Positions 32,711-43,040 of a DNA stretch of 64,000 bases are shown piece by piece. This DNA is from an uncultured Gemmataceae bacterium (lineage in GTDB: Bacteria; Planctomycetota; Planctomycetia; Gemmatales; Gemmataceae). Made by a program: the position numbers and the translations under genes. The notes beneath the pieces are model-generated. The model had not been told where the DNA came from. It made no database searches and saw nothing but the letters and a program-made list of their open reading frames with translations. Location: the NCBI GenBank assembly GCA_963750165.1, contig CAVVPN010000012.1, positions 448,001 to 512,000 on the forward strand, read 5' to 3'. How positions within the stretch are numbered: the first letter of the stretch is position 1; each line of letters starts with the position of its first letter.

Positions 32711-33790
32711 CGCAGTCCCTCCGTCCGCCGGCCGGCAATGACGATGGCGCCAATGGTGGCGACCGTCAGCAGCACGCCGGCCAGTTCCAGCGGCAGCAGG
32801 TAGTCGGTAAACAGCGACCGGCCCAGCGCCGCGACATTCTCGGCCGGCAGCCGCTCCTCGACGCGGCCCTTGTCGTCGAGCTTCACCGGCTCCGCCGCCG
32901 AGGCGCCGCTGAACTTCGACAGCGGCAGCTTGTCGGAGGGCCGCACAGCGCCCAGTTGCACGCGCACCTGCAGGCCGACCTTGTGGATTTCCTCAAGGTC
33001 TTGCTTGACCCCCTTCACGTCGAAGCGCGGGTTGTTGAGTTTTTCGTCCAGTTCATTCAGCGTGTCGAACAGCATGCGCCGTTGCGTGCCGGTGGCGCCG
33101 AGGATGCGGCGGTTCTTCTCCGCTGGCGAGCTGCCGCCCTCCAGCAGCGTGCTGAACTCCTTTTTGACATCCTCGTACTTGCCGAGGGCCTTGCGGATGC
33201 CGGCCTCGTCTTCGGCCTTCGCCGCGGCGTCGATGCGCGCCAGCAGATCGTCGAGCGGCAGGGTGTTGTAGTTGCGCTGCAGCACGGCGAGGATGCAGGC
33301 CAGCAGCACGAAGCCGGCGACGCACGCCAAAAACGGCTCGCGCGCCCGCTGATCGGCGTCGGACGGGCCTTCCTGCTGGGCGAGCATGATGACGAACAGG
33401 AACGTGACGATAATCGCCCCGGCGTAGATGATGACGGTCGCGGCCATGAGGAACGGGGCGGCGTTGAGCAGGAACAGGCCGCAGGTGCTGAGCACAACCA
33501 GCGCGAACGCCAGGGCGGAGTGAACGGGGTTGCGCGAGAATCATCAGGCCGCCGCAAAGGATGGCGATGCCGCTGAAGGCGTAGAACAGGATGGTTTCCG
33601 CCCAGCGGGCCTCGGCGCGGACGAGGAAGCCGGCGACCGCCGCCAGGGCCAGGCCGCAGCAGACGCCGCCCCACAGCAGCGGATAGCGGCGCACGCGCGG
33701 CATCAGCAGATAGACGCCCGCCAGGCCGAGGACGCTCGGCAGCAGGATCGGCCAGAAGGCGGTCAGAAAGTCGGTGAAGCGTTTGTCCAT
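32707..33790 (-). CDS. nuoJ: NADH-quinone oxidoreductase subunit J, extended; frameshift near 33535
   Basis: RNPVHSALAFALV, IYAGAIIVTFLFVIML, LGRSLFTDYLLPLE. Confidence 0.88.
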
Positions 33791-33802
33791 GGCTTTACTC
33801 TT

Positions 33803-33833
33803 GCTCCCCTCGCCCCCTTCAGGGGGAGAGGGG
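33803..33833. repeat. CCCTC..GAGGG palindrome between nuoI and nuoJ
   Basis: CTCCCCTCGCCCCC TTCA GGGGGAGAGGGAG. Confidence 0.65.
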
Positions 33834-33842
33834 AGACAGAAA

Positions 33843-34394
33843 TCACGTCGCCGGCTCGGAGGCAATGCTCAGCGGGCCGCGGTGTGTGCGCACCGGGTCG
33901 GTGCCCGCCTTGACGGTCTCGTCGAAGACGCTCAGCAGTTTTTCCTTGTCGAACATCATCTCCTGGCGGCTCAGGCCGGTCAGGTCGGCGAGGGTGGTCA
34001 ACTCCACCGCGTCACAGGGGCAGGCCTGTTCGCACATGCCGCAATAGATACAGCGCAGCTCGTCAATGACAAAGGTTTCCGGATATTTTTCGCGGTCGGG
34101 CCACGGCGACGGCGCCGCCACAATGTCGATGCAGTGCGCCGGGCAAGCGGTCGAGCACATGTAACAGGCGACGCACTTGACGCGGCCCTGCTCGTCACGG
34201 TTGAGCCGGTGGACGCCGCGGTAGTTCGCCGGCAGGTGCGGCTTCTGTTCCGGGTACTGCTGCGTGATGGCCGGCCCGAACATATGTCGCACCGTCGTCT
34301 GCAAGCCCTCGAAGATCGCCGGCAGATACAGCTTCTCCAGCAGGCCGATCTTCGGCTCCTGCACCCATTTCACGTCGTTGTCATTGATCGCCAC
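33843..34394 (-). CDS. nuoI: NADH-quinone oxidoreductase subunit I
   Basis: CVACYMCSTACP and CIYCGMCEQACP 4Fe-4S motifs. Confidence 0.96.
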   Translation of the reverse strand: MAINDNDVKWVQEPKIGLLEKLYLPAIFEGLQTTVRHMFGPAITQQYPEQKPHLPANYRGVHRLNRDEQGRVKCVACYMCSTACPAHCIDIVAAPSPWPDREKYPETFVIDELRCIYCGMCEQACPCDAVELTTLADLTGLSRQEMMFDKEKLLSVFDETVKAGTDPVRTHRGPLSIASEPAT

Positions 34395-34531
34395 GGCCAC
34401 TCCTCTCTCGCCAGGTTCCGCCGTTCCCCGCAAGCGGGCTGGGCGGTATAATTCAGGTAGTGCCACGGAGGGCTTTCATCTCGTTTCATTTCACAGACCC
34501 CCTACCAGCACCTGGGGGGGCCAGAGATTCC

Positions 34532-35689
34532 CTACCTCGCCGCCACCTCGGGCCGATGGTCGCCGATCACTTCCCGGCGCGGCGGCGGCAGCGCCGGCAG
34601 CGACCCCACCCACGCGGCCCCAACCAGCAGCACCAGCGAGTAGGGCAGCAGCCACCACGCACTCAGTCCCAGTTCCAGCACCACCATCGCGCCCACCAGG
34701 TTCAGCAGCGCCAGCGGGATCAGCACCTTCCACGCCAGGGCCATTAACTGGTCGAAACGGAAGCGCGGAATCGTCCAGCGGATCAGCATGTAAAAGACAA
34801 TGAACAGGCCCATCTTGACCGCGAAGACAATCACCTTGATGAGCCAGAAGGCATCCGCTTCCGCGAACCCCCAGAAGTGCCAGCCGCCGAAGAACAGGAT
34901 CACCATGATGAAACTCGAGGTGACCATGTTCGTGTACTCACCGATGAAGAACAGGCCCAGCTTCAGGGCGCCGTACTCGGTGTGGTAGCCGCCGATCAGC
35001 TCCTGTTCCGCCTCGGGCAGGTCGAATGGCAGACGGTTGCACTCCGCGAAGGAACTAATCATGAAAATCAGGAACGCCAGCGGCTGGTAACAGACGTACC
35101 AGACGCGACCATCCGCCGCCTGGCGGCCGATGATGCGCTCCAGGTTCAGCGAGCCGCTCAGCAGCACGACACCGAGGATCGACAGGCCCAGCGGGATTTC
35201 GTAGCTGACGATCTGGGCACTGGAGCGGAGCGAGCCGAGAAAGCTGTACTTGTTGTTGGACGACCAGCCGCCGAGGATGATGCCGTAGACCGCCAGGCTG
35301 GAGACCGCGAACACGAAGACAATGCCGATGTCCAGCCCCGGGGCGATGGCGAACGGATAGTCCTTCGGGTTGCCCGGCTCGGTCGGGGCGCCGAACGGCA
35401 CCACCGCGAACGCCAGCAGGGCGGTGCCGACGGAAATGCACGGCGCCAGCAGGAACAGAACCTTGTCAGCCCGGTCGGGGATCGGGTCTTCCTTGAGCAG
35501 GAACTTCAGGCCGTCGGCCAGCGGTTGCAGCAGCCCATACGGGCCGACGCGGTTGGGGCCGATGCGGTCCTGCATCCACGCGGAAATCTTGCGCTCCAGC
35601 ATGACCAGGTAAGCGCAGGTCGTCAGGATGACAGCCAGCACGCCGACGATGGTCAGCAGGGTGTAGATGCGGTTGAACTCGTACATCAT
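34532..35689 (-). CDS. nuoH: NADH-quinone oxidoreductase subunit H
   Basis: ERKISAWMQDRIGPNRVGP, RLPFDLPEAEQEL, PRFRFDQLM. Confidence 0.96.
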   Translation of the reverse strand: MMYEFNRIYTLLTIVGVLAVILTTCAYLVMLERKISAWMQDRIGPNRVGPYGLLQPLADGLKFLLKEDPIPDRADKVLFLLAPCISVGTALLAFAVVPFGAPTEPGNPKDYPFAIAPGLDIGIVFVFAVSSLAVYGIILGGWSSNNKYSFLGSLRSSAQIVSYEIPLGLSILGVVLLSGSLNLERIIGRQAADGRVWYVCYQPLAFLIFMISSFAECNRLPFDLPEAEQELIGGYHTEYGALKLGLFFIGEYTNMVTSSFIMVILFFGGWHFWGFAEADAFWLIKVIVFAVKMGLFIVFYMLIRWTIPRFRFDQLMALAWKVLIPLALLNLVGAMVVLELGLSAWWLLPYSLVLLVGAAWVGSLPALPPPRREVIGDHRPEVAAR

Positions 35690-35727
35690 GGCATTCACCA
35701 GCCGCTGGTAATCGTCGTTTGCCCCGT

Positions 35728-35887
35728 TGTGGCACGGTCTCCTGACCGTGCCACCGCCCCGACCGAAGGTCTCCTCCGGGATGCTCGGGGAGACCTTCGG
35801 TCGGGCCCCGTGGCCTGGTCCGGAGACCAGGCCACAACTTGGCGGCCCGCCTGCACAAAACCGGAGCAGGCGGGCCGCCTGCACTAC
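35728..35887. repeat. Cluster of GTGG/GTAG-type REP hairpins between nuoG and nuoH
   Basis: GTGGCACGGTC..GACCGTGCCAC; CCGACCGAAGGTCTCC..GGAGACCTTCGGTCGG; GTAGTGCAGGCGGCCCGCCTGC on the minus strand overlapping the nuoG TAG. Confidence 0.75.
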
Positions 35888-37530
35888 GGAAGAAGCACGC
35901 CGTATTCGCCGAGATCACCCGACGCCAGCGGCGCGAAGTACGGCACCGCCTCGGCCAGTTCCTTGCGCAGCGTTGGCGCGTGCAGCAGACCGCGGCGCTG
36001 CATCAGGTCGAGAGCAATCTGCCCGTCCGTGCGGCTCGCCGTCCGCACCGCCCAGCGCAGCCCCTGCGCCAGCCCGGCGTGGTTGACGAACGTGCCCTCC
36101 TTCTCCGCGAAACTCGCCGCCGGCAGCACGTACTTCGCCGCCGCGGTCGCCGCGTTCTGGAACAGATCCTGCACCACCAGCAGCGGCACCTGCTTCAGCT
36201 GCGCCGCCTGTTCCTCGCTGACCCAGTGGCCGGCCCGCGGCGAATAGCCCGCGGTCACGTACAGCGCTCGCAGCTCGCCCGCGCCGGCCGCCCGCAGCAC
36301 CGCGTCCCAGCCGATGACCTCGCCCTGGAAGTGCTTCAGGATCGCCTCGACGCCGCGACGGTTCGGGCACTTCTCCGCGCGGATGGTGAACTTGACCGGC
36401 TGAATCGGGTTGCCGCGGCGGTCCTTCGGGTAGGTGTCGTCCTGACCGATCACCGGCACGTGGCCCAGCGCCAGCCGCACGTCCGACGACAGGCCCTTGA
36501 AGTAGCGGGCGAACAGGTACGCCTCCTCGCAGGTCAGGAACGGCGACAGCACCGCCATGACGCGCTGGCCCTCGCCCCTGGCCGCGGCCGCCAGCTCCGC
36601 CCGCAGCTCCGGCAGCACCGTTTCCCAGCCAGCCGCCGGGCCGGTGCCGTTGCCGGTCGCGCGCGTCTGCGGCTGTAAAATGCGGCTGCGCTCGTTGATG
36701 TACGGGATGTCGAAGCGGCCCTCGTCGCACATGAAGTAACCCTGGGCCTGCGGGTTCTCGCGTGGCCGCAGCCGATACACCATATCCTTGTTGTGATCGA
36801 CGTGGATGCTGCAACCGGTGCTGCAATCGGGGCAGACGCTGGGCGTGTCCTTGAGGAACCAGACACGCTGCTTGTAGAGAAAATCCTTGCTGCACAGGGC
36901 GCCGACCGGGCACAGGTCCACGACGTTGCCGGCGAGCTTGTTGTTGCACGGCTCACCGGGAAAGATGTCGATCTCCGAGTGGTCGCCGCGGTTGACGACC
37001 AGCAGCTCGGCGGTGCCGGAAATCTCGCGCGTGAAGCGGACGCAGCGCGAGCACATGATGCAGCGGTCGGCGAACAGGGTGATGTGTTCGCCGATGTGCG
37101 GCTTGTTCGGCGGCGTGTTTTTCTCGTCGATCATGCGGCTGGTGGCGCGGCCGTAGCCGAACGAGAAGTCCTGCAACATGCACTCGCCGGCCTTGTCGCA
37201 GACGGGGCAGTCGAGCGGGTGGTTGAGCAGCAAATCTTCGAGGGTCTGCTCCTGGGCGCCGCGCGCCTTGGGGCTGTTGGTGACAACGACGGTGCCGTCC
37301 TTGGCGGGCGTCTGGCAGGCGGGCACAACGCGCGGCTGCATGGCGACGGTGCCATCGGGTTTTTTCTCGCCGACCTCGACCAGGCACATGCGGCAGCTGG
37401 CGACGACGGTCAGCGCCGGGTGCCAGCAGTAGCGCGGGATGAACACGCCCACCTTCTCCGCGGCCTGGATGAGGTTCAACTTTTCGTTGCCGATGTCCAC
37501 CGGCTTGTCATTGACGATCACGACTGCCAT
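35884..37530 (-). CDS. nuoG: NADH-quinone oxidoreductase subunit G (short form)
   Basis: CWHP..SCRMCLVE, NHPLDCPVCDKAGEC, CIMCSRCVRF, CPDCSTGC. Confidence 0.94.
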   Translation of the reverse strand: MAVVIVNDKPVDIGNEKLNLIQAAEKVGVFIPRYCWHPALTVVASCRMCLVEVGEKKPDGTVAMQPRVVPACQTPAKDGTVVVTNSPKARGAQEQTLEDLLLNHPLDCPVCDKAGECMLQDFSFGYGRATSRMIDEKNTPPNKPHIGEHITLFADRCIMCSRCVRFTREISGTAELLVVNRGDHSEIDIFPGEPCNNKLAGNVVDLCPVGALCSKDFLYKQRVWFLKDTPSVCPDCSTGCSIHVDHNKDMVYRLRPRENPQAQGYFMCDEGRFDIPYINERSRILQPQTRATGNGTGPAAGWETVLPELRAELAAAARGEGQRVMAVLSPFLTCEEAYLFARYFKGLSSDVRLALGHVPVIGQDDTYPKDRRGNPIQPVKFTIRAEKCPNRRGVEAILKHFQGEVIGWDAVLRAAGAGELRALYVTAGYSPRAGHWVSEEQAAQLKQVPLLVVQDLFQNAATAAAKYVLPAASFAEKEGTFVNHAGLAQGLRWAVRTASRTDGQIALDLMQRRGLLHAPTLRKELAEAVPYFAPLASGDLGEYGVLLP

Positions 37531-37581
37531 GAATTGGCTCCCGCCCCGGTAACGCGGACACCGCGGCCCGCGAGAACTTCG

Positions 37582-38134
37582 TCACTTCTCCCCCCGCTTC
37601 CGCAGCTTTGGTTTGCTGGCGAACTCCGCAGCCGTCACCTGCTCCACTTCCCCGTTGGCGTACACAACCCAGCCGCCACTCTCGGGCGTGTTTTTGTCAT
37701 ACGCCAGCACGGGGAAGCCCTCTGGCCCGGGGGGCACCATCTCGTCGGGGCTGATCCCGTAGACGAACACCACCGAGCCGTCCGCGAGCGCCTCGTACGC
37801 GCCGGGCGTTTCCGTCAGCAGCGGCCGCAGGTCCTCGGCCTTCGCCGGCGCCCGCTGCTCGTGGGTTTTCACGTAATCGAAGTACGCCAGGCCGATGGCC
37901 AGCAGTTGGTTCTTGCGCTGAGTCTTCACCGCGGCCTCGCGCATGCGCTGCAGGCCGATGAATCCGCCGACGCCGCAACAGCCGCACAACAGCACCACGC
38001 CGCCGATCACGGACACCAGGATCATCGTGGTGTTGCGTTTCTTCGGTTCCGTGTCGTCCGGGCGGCGCCGGCGCAGTGCGGCCCTCGTCTTCTGGGAGCG
38101 GCTCGTCCGTAAACTCGTCGTGGTCGCGGCTCAT
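37582..38134 (-). CDS. Membrane-anchored DUF1559-like mini-domain protein; frameshift near 38075
   Basis: Acidic N-terminus, TM with CGCC, REAA..KNQLLAIGLAY, VLAYDK..GGWVVYANGEV. Confidence 0.7.
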
Positions 38135-38143
38135 GCTTCCCCC

Positions 38144-38563
38144 TTACTTCGCTGGCGCCCCGGCGTTGATCAGTTCGTTGAACTTGACCGTATTCATCCA
38201 CTCCACCGACCCGTCGCCCCGGGCGACGGCGCCGTCTCTGGTCAGCACGGACTTCTCGTACGCCAGCGCGCAGCGTGGGCCGCCCCACGCCACGATGTCG
38301 CGGCCGCTCGTGCCATAGATGACCAGCACGCTGCCGTTCGTGATCGCCGTCTTCGCCTCGGGCAACAGCATGAACTCCTGCAACTCGGTAGCGTTCTCCG
38401 GCGGCTTCGAGTGCTTGGTCTCGTACTGGAGGTACGCCTGGCCAACATCCTTCAAGATATTCCTGCGCCGCTCCTGGTCCGCAGCGGTCTTCCAAAACCC
38501 GGCGCAGCCGAGCAGGATCAGCACCCACAGGACGCACGCCACGATCACCACGACTTTTCGCAT
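38144..38563 (-). CDS. Paralogous DUF1559-like mini-domain protein
   Basis: GGAG SD; TM; RNILKDVGQAY, ALAYEK..GAVARGDGSV. Confidence 0.75.
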   Translation of the reverse strand: MRKVVVIVACVLWVLILLGCAGFWKTAADQERRRNILKDVGQAYLQYETKHSKPPENATELQEFMLLPEAKTAITNGSVLVIYGTSGRDIVAWGGPRCALAYEKSVLTRDGAVARGDGSVEWMNTVKFNELINAGAPAK

Positions 38564-38579
38564 GACCGTTTCTCCTGCG

Positions 38580-38647
38580 GGCGAGCGGCGCGGCGTCAGC
38601 CCGCCGTGTCTGGCGCTGCACGGCGGGCTGACGCCGCGCCGCTCGCC
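38580..38647. repeat. Perfect hairpin GGCGAGCGGCGCGGCGTCAGCCCGCCGTG
   Basis: 29-bp arms with a 10-nt loop; related copy at 43625-43716. Confidence 0.85.
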
Positions 38648-38654
38648 TTCATCT

Positions 38655-39986
38655 CTAATGCGCCCCCACCAGCGCCGGTCCCTCAATCCGACGACCGCTG
38701 CGAATGTACTCCTCCAGTTCCGGCCGAAATTTCTGAATCGCGTTCTTGACCGGCCAGCCCGCGCCGTCGGCCAACCCACAAATCGTCGTGCCCGGCATGA
38801 TGCCGATGTTCTTCGCCACGTCGTCCAGGATGCGCAGGTCTTCCAGCCGCCCCTGGCCGTGCCGCAGCCGCGTCACGATCTTGCTCATCCAGCCGGTGCC
38901 CTCGCGGCAGGGCGTACACTGGCCGCAGGACTCGTGCTGGAAGAACCTGCAAATGTTGTACAGGACATCAACGATGCTGGTTTCCTCGTCGAAGACCGTG
39001 ACCGCCGCGGTGCCGAGGCCGAGACAGTTGACCTTGCCGGGGCCGTTGAAGTCCAGCGGCGTGTCGAACTCCTTCTCGGTCATGATGCCCATGCTGATGC
39101 CGCCGGGGATCGCCCCTTTCGCCTTGCGGCCCTTCCAGACGCCGCCGCCGTATTTGTCCACCAGCTCGCGGACGGTGACGCCGAGTGGCAGTTCGACGCA
39201 GCAGGGCTTGTTGACGTGGCCGCTGATGCAGTAGAGCTTGGGGCCGAAGCTGCCGGCGTCACGCGGGTTCTTGGGGTCGGGCGGCACACCCATGCTCTTG
39301 AACCAGTCCGGGCCGCGGTCGATGATGTGCGTCACGCACGCCAGCGTCTCAATGTTGTTGACGACGGTCGGCTTGCGGAACGCCCCTTCCACGGCGGGGA
39401 ACGGCGGCTTGATGCGCGGCCACGCACGCTTGCCTTCCAGGCTCTCGATCAGGCCGGTTTCCTCGCCGCAGATGTACGCGCCGGCACCGCGGTGCATGTA
39501 GCAATCGAGGTGGAAATCCTTGCCGAGGATGTTGCGGCCGAGCAGATTATTGGCGTACAGTTCGTCGATGGCCTTCTGGAAAGCGCGAAACGCCCGGCCG
39601 TATTCGTAGCGAACATACACATAAGCGACGCTGGCGCGCGTGGCGTAGCAGGCCAGCAAAATGCCTTCGAGCACCTGATGCGGATCCTCTTCCATGAGGA
39701 TGCGGTTGTTGAAGGTGCAGGGTTCGCTTTCGTCGGCGTTGACGCAGAGGTAAATGGGGCCGGGATGGTCCTTGGGCAGGAACGTCCACTTGACGCCGCA
39801 GGGGAAGCCGGCGCCGCCGCGGCCGCGCAGGCCGGACGCCTTCACGGCGTCGGTGACCTGGGCCGGGGCCATCTCGTTCAGCGCCTTCTGCAGGGCGCGA
39901 TAGCCACCGTCGGCGCGGTAGCTCGCCAGCGAAGCGCTGTCGGGCTTGCCGACGCGGCGGAGCAGCACGGGTTCAAACTCAGCCAT
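38655..39986 (-). CDS. nuoF: NADH-quinone oxidoreductase subunit F
   Basis: GLRGRGGAGFP, GAGAYICGEETGL, ESCGQCTPCREG. Confidence 0.97.
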   Translation of the reverse strand: MAEFEPVLLRRVGKPDSASLASYRADGGYRALQKALNEMAPAQVTDAVKASGLRGRGGAGFPCGVKWTFLPKDHPGPIYLCVNADESEPCTFNNRILMEEDPHQVLEGILLACYATRASVAYVYVRYEYGRAFRAFQKAIDELYANNLLGRNILGKDFHLDCYMHRGAGAYICGEETGLIESLEGKRAWPRIKPPFPAVEGAFRKPTVVNNIETLACVTHIIDRGPDWFKSMGVPPDPKNPRDAGSFGPKLYCISGHVNKPCCVELPLGVTVRELVDKYGGGVWKGRKAKGAIPGGISMGIMTEKEFDTPLDFNGPGKVNCLGLGTAAVTVFDEETSIVDVLYNICRFFQHESCGQCTPCREGTGWMSKIVTRLRHGQGRLEDLRILDDVAKNIGIMPGTTICGLADGAGWPVKNAIQKFRPELEEYIRSGRRIEGPALVGAH

Positions 39987-40007
39987 GATCCACTCAGGTT
40001 CAAATCT

Positions 40008-40108
40008 TTAGCCACAGAGGACACAGAGAACACAGAGAGAAATACCAAAAACTAAATCACCAACTTCTCTGTTTTTCTCTCTGTGTTCTCGGTGTCCTCT
40101 GTGGCTAA
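40008..40108. repeat. CACAGAG 9-mer hairpin between nuoE and nuoF
   Basis: TTAGCCACAGAGGACACAGAGAACACAGAGAG..CTCTCTGTGTTCTCGGTGTCCTCTGTGGCTAA. Confidence 0.85.
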
Positions 40109-40112
40109 TTCA

Positions 40113-40592
40113 TTATGATTGTAATTGACGCAGCAACCCATCCACCTTGTCCGGCGTCACGTTATGCACTGCCTCATCATTCACGAGCACCGCCGGCGCC
40201 CCCTCGCACTGACCGATGCACTCCGCGAACTCGACCGTCACCTTGCCGTCGGCCGTCGTGCCGCCCGGCTTGACGCCGAGCTTCTGGCACACGTTGCCCA
40301 GCAGATCATCGCCACCGCGGATCATGCACGCCAAACTGCGGCACACCCACAGCCGCGTTCGGCCCAGCGGGTTTTCGTCCTCGCGGAAGAAACCGTAGAA
40401 CGTCATCGTGTCGTGGACCTCCGCCGGGCTCAGGTCCAGCAGGTCCGCGATCTCCCGCACCGCCTCCCGCGGCACACAGCGCAGCTCGTCCTGCACCAGA
40501 TGCAGGGCAGGCAGCGTCACCGCCTGCTTGTGCGGATAGCGCGGCAGATACGCCCGGATTTTGTCCTTCAACGCCTCGCTCAGCACGCTCAT
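40113..40592 (-). CDS. nuoE: NADH-quinone oxidoreductase subunit E
   Basis: CRSLAC..ECIGQC 2Fe-2S motif. Confidence 0.95.
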   Translation of the reverse strand: MSVLSEALKDKIRAYLPRYPHKQAVTLPALHLVQDELRCVPREAVREIADLLDLSPAEVHDTMTFYGFFREDENPLGRTRLWVCRSLACMIRGGDDLLGNVCQKLGVKPGGTTADGKVTVEFAECIGQCEGAPAVLVNDEAVHNVTPDKVDGLLRQLQS

Positions 40593-41806
40593 CGGTCTAG
40601 CTCCGCCGCGATGATGTTCAGGCTGCCCAGCACTGCCACGATGTCACTTAGCTGATGGCCGACGATCAGGTACGGGAAGATCGCGAAATGGATGTACGAC
40701 GGCGGCCGTGTCCGTGCCCGATAGGCGACGCCCGTGCCATCGGAGACGACGTAAAAGCCCAGCTCGCCGTTGGCCGTCTCGTTGGCGCCGTATACCTCGT
40801 CCACCGGCGGCTTCCACTTGCGGTTGGTCATCGTCAGCTCGAAATGCTGGATCAGGCTCTCGATGCTGCGATAGGTTGCCAGCTGGTCCGGCAGCACCGC
40901 CTTGCTCTCGGTATCGACGTTGACCGGGCCGCTCGGCAGGTTCTCGATGGCCTGTTGCACGATCTTCAAACTCTCCAGCATCTCATCCATGCGCACGAGG
41001 TAGCGGGCGAAGCAGTCGCCCTCCTTCGAGCAGACGACCTTGAAGTCGAAGTCCTTGTAAGCGAGGTACGGCTCATCCTTGCGCAGATCGCGGACCACGC
41101 CGCTGGCGCGAGCAACGGGCCCGGTGGTGCTCAGATTGATGGCGTCCTCGCGCGACAGCACACCGATGCCCTTGGTGCGCTCGATGAAGATACGGTTGCG
41201 GTTCAGCAGCCGGCACACGTCGGCGTGCGCCTTCGGGAAATTCTTGATGAAATCGCGGACCTGGCCGATGAACTGGTCATCCACATCGAACGCCAGACCG
41301 CCGACGCGCGTGTAGCTGGGGTGGAAGCGCTGGCCGGAGGCGGTCTCGAAAATGTCGTAGAGCTTTTCGCGCTGGTTGAAGGCGTACAGGAACGCGGTGA
41401 AGCCGCCGAGGTCCAGCGCCGCGGCGCCGACGCAGAGCAGGTGGTCGCTGATCCGCGCCAGCTCCGCGAGGATGGTGCGCAGGTACTGGCAGCGCGGCGT
41501 CAATTCGATGCCCATCAACAGCTCGACCGCGTGGTGCCAGGCGATCTCATTGGCCGTCGGCGAGATGTAGTTCATGCGATCAACGATGGTGACATACTGG
41601 TTATAGTCGAGATCCTCGCCGAGTTTCTCGAAGCCACTGTGCAGATAGCCGATGTCCGGCACCGCCTTGACCACGGTTTCGCCGTCCAGCGTCAGGATGA
41701 GGCGCAGCGTGGTGTGCGTGGCCGGGTGCTGCGGGCCGAAGTTCAGCGTCCAGAGATATTCCTTCTCGTCGGCCGCGGCGTCGGCGTGGACCAGTTCGAG
41801 TGGCAT
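40589..41806 (-). CDS. nuoD: NADH-quinone oxidoreductase subunit D
   Basis: LNFGPQHPATH, GYLHSGFEK, IIAAELDR. Confidence 0.96.
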   Translation of the reverse strand: MPLELVHADAAADEKEYLWTLNFGPQHPATHTTLRLILTLDGETVVKAVPDIGYLHSGFEKLGEDLDYNQYVTIVDRMNYISPTANEIAWHHAVELLMGIELTPRCQYLRTILAELARISDHLLCVGAAALDLGGFTAFLYAFNQREKLYDIFETASGQRFHPSYTRVGGLAFDVDDQFIGQVRDFIKNFPKAHADVCRLLNRNRIFIERTKGIGVLSREDAINLSTTGPVARASGVVRDLRKDEPYLAYKDFDFKVVCSKEGDCFARYLVRMDEMLESLKIVQQAIENLPSGPVNVDTESKAVLPDQLATYRSIESLIQHFELTMTNRKWKPPVDEVYGANETANGELGFYVVSDGTGVAYRARTRPPSYIHFAIFPYLIVGHQLSDIVAVLGSLNIIAAELDR

Positions 41807-41819
41807 GGCGTCTTTCCTT

Positions 41820-41878
41820 CGTGGGGCAGACATTCCTGTCTGCCAACCTCAACGGCAGGCTGGAAAGCCTGCCCCACG
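41820..41878. repeat. REPIN-like inverted doublet of GTGGGGCAGACATTCCTGTCTGCC
   Basis: Four related doublets in the window. Confidence 0.85.
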
Positions 41879-41879
41879 T

Positions 41880-42374
41880 TTAACTCTCCGCCCGCGTGAT
41901 GACCGGGAAGTTGTGCCGTTCGCCCTTGCCGCGCAGCGGATAGTCCTTGCGCAGCGGGTACGCGGTGAACTCCTCCGGCATCAGGATGCGGCGCAAGTCC
42001 GGGTGGCCTTCAAACACGATGCCGTACATGTCGTAGACCTCACGCTCCAGCCAGTCGGCCCCCTTCCACAGGTCGAAGGCCGTCGGCAGCGTCAGGTCCG
42101 GCTCGTTCACGAACGTCTTGACCCAAACGCGCTCGCCGCTGCTGATGTTGAGCAGCCCATACACCACACCGAAGCGGTCGCGGGCGCCCGGGTAGTTCAG
42201 GTAGTCCGCGGCGGTCATTTCCGCGAGCATGTCAAAGCCGCACTGGTTCTTGAGGACTTCGAGGAACGCATGCAGCTTGTCCGGCGCCACGTGGACGCGG
42301 CGGTTGTCGCGAAACTGCGACGTGGTGAAACTGCCTTCGCCGAAGCGCTCGCGCAGGACGGTTTCGTAACTCAT
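41880..42374 (-). CDS. nuoC: NADH-quinone oxidoreductase subunit C
   Basis: WLEREVYDMYGI, HPDLRRILM, PLRKDYPL. Confidence 0.95.
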   Translation of the reverse strand: MSYETVLRERFGEGSFTTSQFRDNRRVHVAPDKLHAFLEVLKNQCGFDMLAEMTAADYLNYPGARDRFGVVYGLLNISSGERVWVKTFVNEPDLTLPTAFDLWKGADWLEREVYDMYGIVFEGHPDLRRILMPEEFTAYPLRKDYPLRGKGERHNFPVITRAES

Positions 42375-42386
42375 GATCAACCTCAA

Positions 42387-42445
42387 CGTGGGGCAGACAT
42401 TCCTGTCTGCCAGGTGCTACGGCAGACAGGAATGTCTGCCCCACG
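42387..42445. repeat. REPIN-like inverted doublet of GTGGGGCAGACATTCCTGTCTGCC
   Basis: Perfect 25-bp inverted arms. Confidence 0.88.
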
Positions 42446-42451
42446 ATCAAG

Positions 42452-43040
42452 TCACTTCCCCCGCAGCCGGGTCGCCGATGCGAAGTCACCGGGCGCCACC
42501 AGTGCGTTCTCCGGGATGAACGTCACCGGACTCGGCCCCTCGGACCGTGTCCGCTTTGCGAACTCCGTGCCGTTGACCGTGCCGGTCTTGCTAATCACCT
42601 GCTCCTGCAGGTCGATGACCGCTTGCAGCAGCTGCTCGGGCCGCGGCGGACAGCCCGGCATGTACAGGTCCACCGGCATGAAGCGGTCCACGCCCTGCAC
42701 AACCGCGTAGGTGTCGAAAACGCCGCCGGTCGAGGCACAGGCACCCATCGAAATGCACCACTTCGGTTCCGTCATTTGCAGCCAGATGCGCTGCAGCACC
42801 GGCATCATTTTCATGACCACACGACCGGCGACGATCATCAAATCGCACTGCCGGGGGCTGAAGCGCATCACCTCGGCGCCGAAGCGGGCGATGTCGTGCG
42901 CGCGAGGCGCCGGTGGCCATTAGCTCGATGCCGCAGCAGGCCGTCGCGAACGGCATCGGCCACAGACTGTTCTTGCGCACCCAGTTGGCCAGGTGGTCCA
43001 GGCGACTCAGCACGACGTTCTCGGGCAGGTCTAACGCCAC
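42452..43040 (-). CDS. nuoB: NADH-quinone oxidoreductase subunit B; frameshift near 42900
   Basis: [17 protein letters not shown], then [21 protein letters not shown] in the second frame. Confidence 0.92.
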
